From positions 3,136,001 through 3,200,000 of the forward strand of contig CM000208.1 in the NCBI GenBank assembly GCA_000002445.1: 64,000 nucleotides of DNA. The letters are read 5' to 3'. The notes beneath the pieces were generated by a model. It was given only the letters and a program-made list of their open reading frames with translations. It was not told the origin of the DNA and did no database searches. The DNA is from Trypanosoma brucei (Eukaryota). A program made the translations under genes and the position numbers. This document shows positions 60,686 through 64,000 of the stretch, piece by piece (the first letter of the stretch is position 1; each line of letters starts with the position of its first letter).

Positions 60686-62395
60686 GGAAAAAGAGTTTGG
60701 TAATTTTCCACCTAATTCAGCAAAGAAATAATGAAATGAGAATTATCACATTTCACATTAACACAATCCCGTAGATAACCAAAAAAGAGAGAAAATAAAG
60801 AAAAGCACGAGCAACACTAATGGCTAAACCGAAACCCAGTGGCTGTCATCCACCACCGCTCAACGCAAAATGCACCCTTCCCGACTTACGGTAGACGGCA
60901 AATAAAGTATCAGCAACATCATATGAATTAGAACAGTGTCCCAGGTAGATATTGCACCATGCCTCGTCCGTGTGGCAACTTAAAGTGCGACACGCAGCGG
61001 GCATATTAACAACCGAGCATTAACATAACCATAGCACATGTGTACGCAAGTACGAGCAAGCACAACAAACACCTGGTGGCACAATAAGGAATATCACAGG
61101 GAAGAAACTAGAAGAAAGGAGGGTAGACGGTGTGTACACAAGGCACCGACATACTCGCCTCGCCTCTTGGAAAGCCACCACCCACAACGCACCACCAAAA
61201 AGGCATGCCGTGGCTACGGGCCTCCTCAGAAATAGAAGGTAACACTGAAGAAACAGCAATGGGGGAAATTACTGCAGGTACGTGTCAGTCAAGTACAGCA
61301 CTCTCGCTGAAAGCGTTGGTATCAATCAGCACTAAGTTGTCACTCAGTCGCGCACTACAACTTCTGTCCTCATACACAGCCATGCAGCAGAACATCTCCA
61401 CCACATGTATCACCCCACAATGCATGCAAAGCACGGTGTGGGGCGGTTGTATGGGCGTCGATACAGCAACAGTGAATAAAGATGCAGTGTAAACACACAT
61501 AGCAGGAAGGAGTTAGGGACGGTAAATGCCGGTACAATCAACACCGCTGCTCAACATTTGTACACATTCAAGAGTCCTCATTGGATGTGTCGGTCCGCCT
61601 GTCGTTAGACAGTTTCTCATCGTCGCAGCGGTGTCGTGCCCATAACATGTCACATTTCGCATAGTCCAATGATCCAAGAGTCAAAAGAGAAGGGAAAAAA
61701 GAGTAACGAGGGGAAGAAGGGAGGAATCAGATAGATTGGTAAACGCAAAGTTGGTTTCTCGTTCATTATGGGTCGTCAGTGCGCACTACAACTGCAGTCA
61801 CATCACGCAGAGTAAACGCTATTGGAATATCTCCGCCTCCTGAAATCGCCCCACAACGATTTCTGCACATGTGAGGCGTTAGACAGAGACGTTGTACTTG
61901 ATATCAGTGTAAAATAAGGACCATGTTGGCACGAAAAAGACAAGACAATGCAGTTGTCATGACATCTTTTCACTGATGCATCCCCTATTCGCATAACTAT
62001 TACGTAAACATAATCACACATTACTCATAACACAAGTTGCTAGGACAAGCGACTTCACTACACGGTGTTGCTACGGAAACATACCTCACTGTGCTAACAT
62101 ACACTGCATCAGAATGCGATTACATGCATCTCAGCGTCACCTGGAAATCTGGGATACAATCGCATCATACACTTGTCTAGTTTCGTAAGCAATGAGTTCT
62201 TGGTCACATACCACAGGTAATGTACTCTCTCAAATGAAAATATTGTGATGAGCACCGCTCGAGTATTCTGTTATGATTCCGTTTGTCGACTCACAATGTG
62301 ACGATGGAAAAGAATGAGGATATCAAGTTATTGCATTTTAGGTTTTCATGTCAACTAGAAAATCAGAGAGCCGACACCACATCCCCTCAGTATCT

Positions 62396-63997
62396 TTACG
62401 CAACTAGCTCCGTATCCATTGCCTTCACCGCCGGAATACAATATTCAAATGAAAGCAGAACAATACCAATATCCCACGCGTCGCCACAGGGCCCCAAGTT
62501 GTTTTCGTGTATAAACGGTAATTCACATTTTTGGTTCGGTATTTGTGAGGTGCGCTTGGAACGGCTCCGTCCAACTTCAATTAATCCCTCATAAACGCCA
62601 CGCTGTAGGTGAGAAGGTCCCGTTACCATTTCACCACTGTTGAGTGAATAAGGTGTACGGTTAGTTTCTACAACATGTGGCATGTGTTGGTCCTCAGTTC
62701 CGAGGATGCATAACGTTGCAGGGGAATCTTTTGCGTCTGCAAGTGGCGACAGTTCCTCACAATAGGGGAGAGGGTGACCACAGCACCCAATAAAACTGTT
62801 GATGAAGGAAGCCGCGGAGCACTTTGATGAAATAGATAAAAATATATCAATAACTTGCTTTAAGAAGTCACATTCGACTGAAGTTTGCTTGCAATGCTCA
62901 CTGGACCAGGAGTACATCATTTCCACGGCTGCGTTGATTTCAACAAAAAGTAAAGGTTTTTTATCTCGGTGAAGAGAGTCTGTTGAAGGCAATGAAACGC
63001 GACCAAAGTTTACCGTCACGTGCTGATGTGGAAATACACACCATTCCCCCAACTCTTGGAGAACAAAGATGACTCCTCCACAAAGAGGCCCTTCCTGCCG
63101 GGAAGCAGACACCACATTTTCCGTATTTCCATATTCGGGTATAAAGCATGCCCCCACAAGAGACTCATTGGAAATAGGGTATCTTTGCAACACCTCAGTT
63201 TCAGAAAGGACAAACCACGGAGGGCAGAGATGCAAGAAGAAACCGCAACAGTCAAAGTGAAAAGGAAGATTGCGTACCGTGCCACCATGTCGCAAGCATA
63301 GTTTGCGTTCGGATATTTCGGTCATTGTGAACCAACAGCATGGCGTTGAAGCTAAGTGGATTTGGGCATCATCATTTTCCTCCATATCTTCATTGTCCAT
63401 ACGATTCTCAAGCTGTACAGGCTCTCCTGTAGCAGCCCAGTAGTTCAGGACCCGCCCTGCATGAAACGAAGAGTAATTAGCGGAATAACGTCTCTGATTT
63501 GCCCGATCACTGAAATCCACATTCATCAATGTGATATCCTCCTCAACATGAAATTGGTGAATGTCTTGCATTCGTGGAAGGAAATATTTTGAAAACGGTC
63601 CACGAAACGGAACAATCCATGCACGCCAATAACCAGTTGAATCGGAACTAGAAGCTGGCAGCTCTATCTCTGAGGACGAAAAAATATCATCAAAAAACCA
63701 TCCATCTTTCTCCCACACAATATGACCTGAATAAGGTGTCTCCACAGCAGAAACTGTCGAGACAGACTCAGCAGCAAGTGATGGTTTGCTTTCCAATGCT
63801 GCTACCATATTCTGATCCATTAGATTTGATCCTTTAGACAGTTGGTGAAGAAACTGCAACCCTCCTTCGGTGCGTCGGAGCTCTTTCTGAAGCAAACGAG
63901 TCCTCATACAATCAGCAATATTCAGTCGCTGTTCGCAACGAAAGAGTTGAATAATGATTGGTGTCGGTGATGCACCGGGAACCTCCGAGGGTTCCAC
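62396..63997 (-). CDS. Hypothetical protein, probably 5'-truncated by the window end
   Basis: 533-codon ORF whose track start at 63997 is GTG, only 3 nt from the window edge. The true ATG probably lies beyond position 64000. No recognisable motif; several Cys/His-rich patches (FHFDCCGFFLHLCPPW, FIGCCGHPLPYCEE). Confidence 0.5.
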   Translation of the reverse strand: MEPSEVPGASPTPIIIQLFRCEQRLNIADCMRTRLLQKELRRTEGGLQFLHQLSKGSNLMDQNMVAALESKPSLAAESVSTVSAVETPYSGHIVWEKDGWFFDDIFSSSEIELPASSSDSTGYWRAWIVPFRGPFSKYFLPRMQDIHQFHVEEDITLMNVDFSDRANQRRYSANYSSFHAGRVLNYWAATGEPVQLENRMDNEDMEENDDAQIHLASTPCCWFTMTEISERKLCLRHGGTVRNLPFHFDCCGFFLHLCPPWFVLSETEVLQRYPISNESLVGACFIPEYGNTENVVSASRQEGPLCGGVIFVLQELGEWCVFPHQHVTVNFGRVSLPSTDSLHRDKKPLLFVEINAAVEMMYSWSSEHCKQTSVECDFLKQVIDIFLSISSKCSAASFINSFIGCCGHPLPYCEELSPLADAKDSPATLCILGTEDQHMPHVVETNRTPYSLNSGEMVTGPSHLQRGVYEGLIEVGRSRSKRTSQIPNQKCELPFIHENNLGPCGDAWDIGIVLLSFEYCIPAVKAMDTELVA

Positions 63998-64000
63998 GCT

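Noticed and set aside
62254-62260. GUGAUGA C-box-like heptamer that could mark a C/D snoRNA.
   Set aside because: It is on the non-transcribed (plus) strand. No D box (CUGA) lies at an appropriate distance, and no terminal stem complementarity was seen.
1-64000. Searched for tRNA-like T-loops (GGTTCGAAT/GTTCAAAT), rRNA, CRISPR-like direct repeats, inverted-repeat-flanked mobile elements, and a strand-switch region.
   Set aside because: None found by eye in any inter-CDS gap; the only repeats are short microsatellites and homopolymer runs. A covariance-model scan (tRNAscan-SE/Infernal) would be needed to be definitive.
1-64000. Prokaryote-style defence/secretion/biosynthetic gene cluster as the prompted novel system.
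   Set aside because: Sequence features are eukaryotic and kinetoplastid. Genes are housekeeping nuclear genes in a PTU where adjacency does not imply shared function, so no operon-like system can be inferred.

Overview
This window is a eukaryotic, kinetoplastid-type nuclear region, most consistent with a Trypanosoma chromosome core. The evidence is about 50% GC, intron-less long ORFs, AG/CT-skewed intergenic tracts, and protein sequences that match trypanosomatid-style orthologues. Every credible gene (22 CDS, two of them partial at the window edges) lies on the minus strand. The whole 64 kb is therefore one unidirectional polycistronic transcription unit read from position 64000 towards position 1, with no strand-switch region. 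No tRNA, rRNA or CRISPR is visible. Recognisable products, in order of transcription, are:
- an ORC4-like AAA+ protein with a degenerate Walker A motif
- a Tctex-1 dynein light chain
- mitochondrial EF-Tu
- a small U1-type zinc-finger protein
- a giant protein with a C-terminal PDZ domain
- two tandem RPB5 paralogues (canonical RPB5, then a divergent RPB5z-like copy)
- mitochondrial ribosomal uS8m
- a CDP-alcohol (choline/ethanolamine) phosphotransferase
- GCN1
- PWP2/UTP1
- a PPWD1-type cyclophilin fused to a WD40 domain
- ALG1 beta-mannosyltransferase
- a PPR protein with an extra C-terminal domain
- ARPC1
- a partial Nrap/UTP22-like gene running off the window start
- several large hypothetical proteins
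The supplied ORF track uses non-ATG starts (GTG/TTG) in several cases, so a number of N-termini are over-extended; ATG starts corrected by hand are given where I checked them. Because kinetoplastid PTUs are not functional operons, gene adjacency here carries no pathway implication. I found no prokaryote-style novel system. The most interesting items are the RPB5/RPB5z tandem, the Walker-A-degenerate ORC4, a possible PPR plus NYN-like architecture, and long strand-asymmetric CT/AG tracts.
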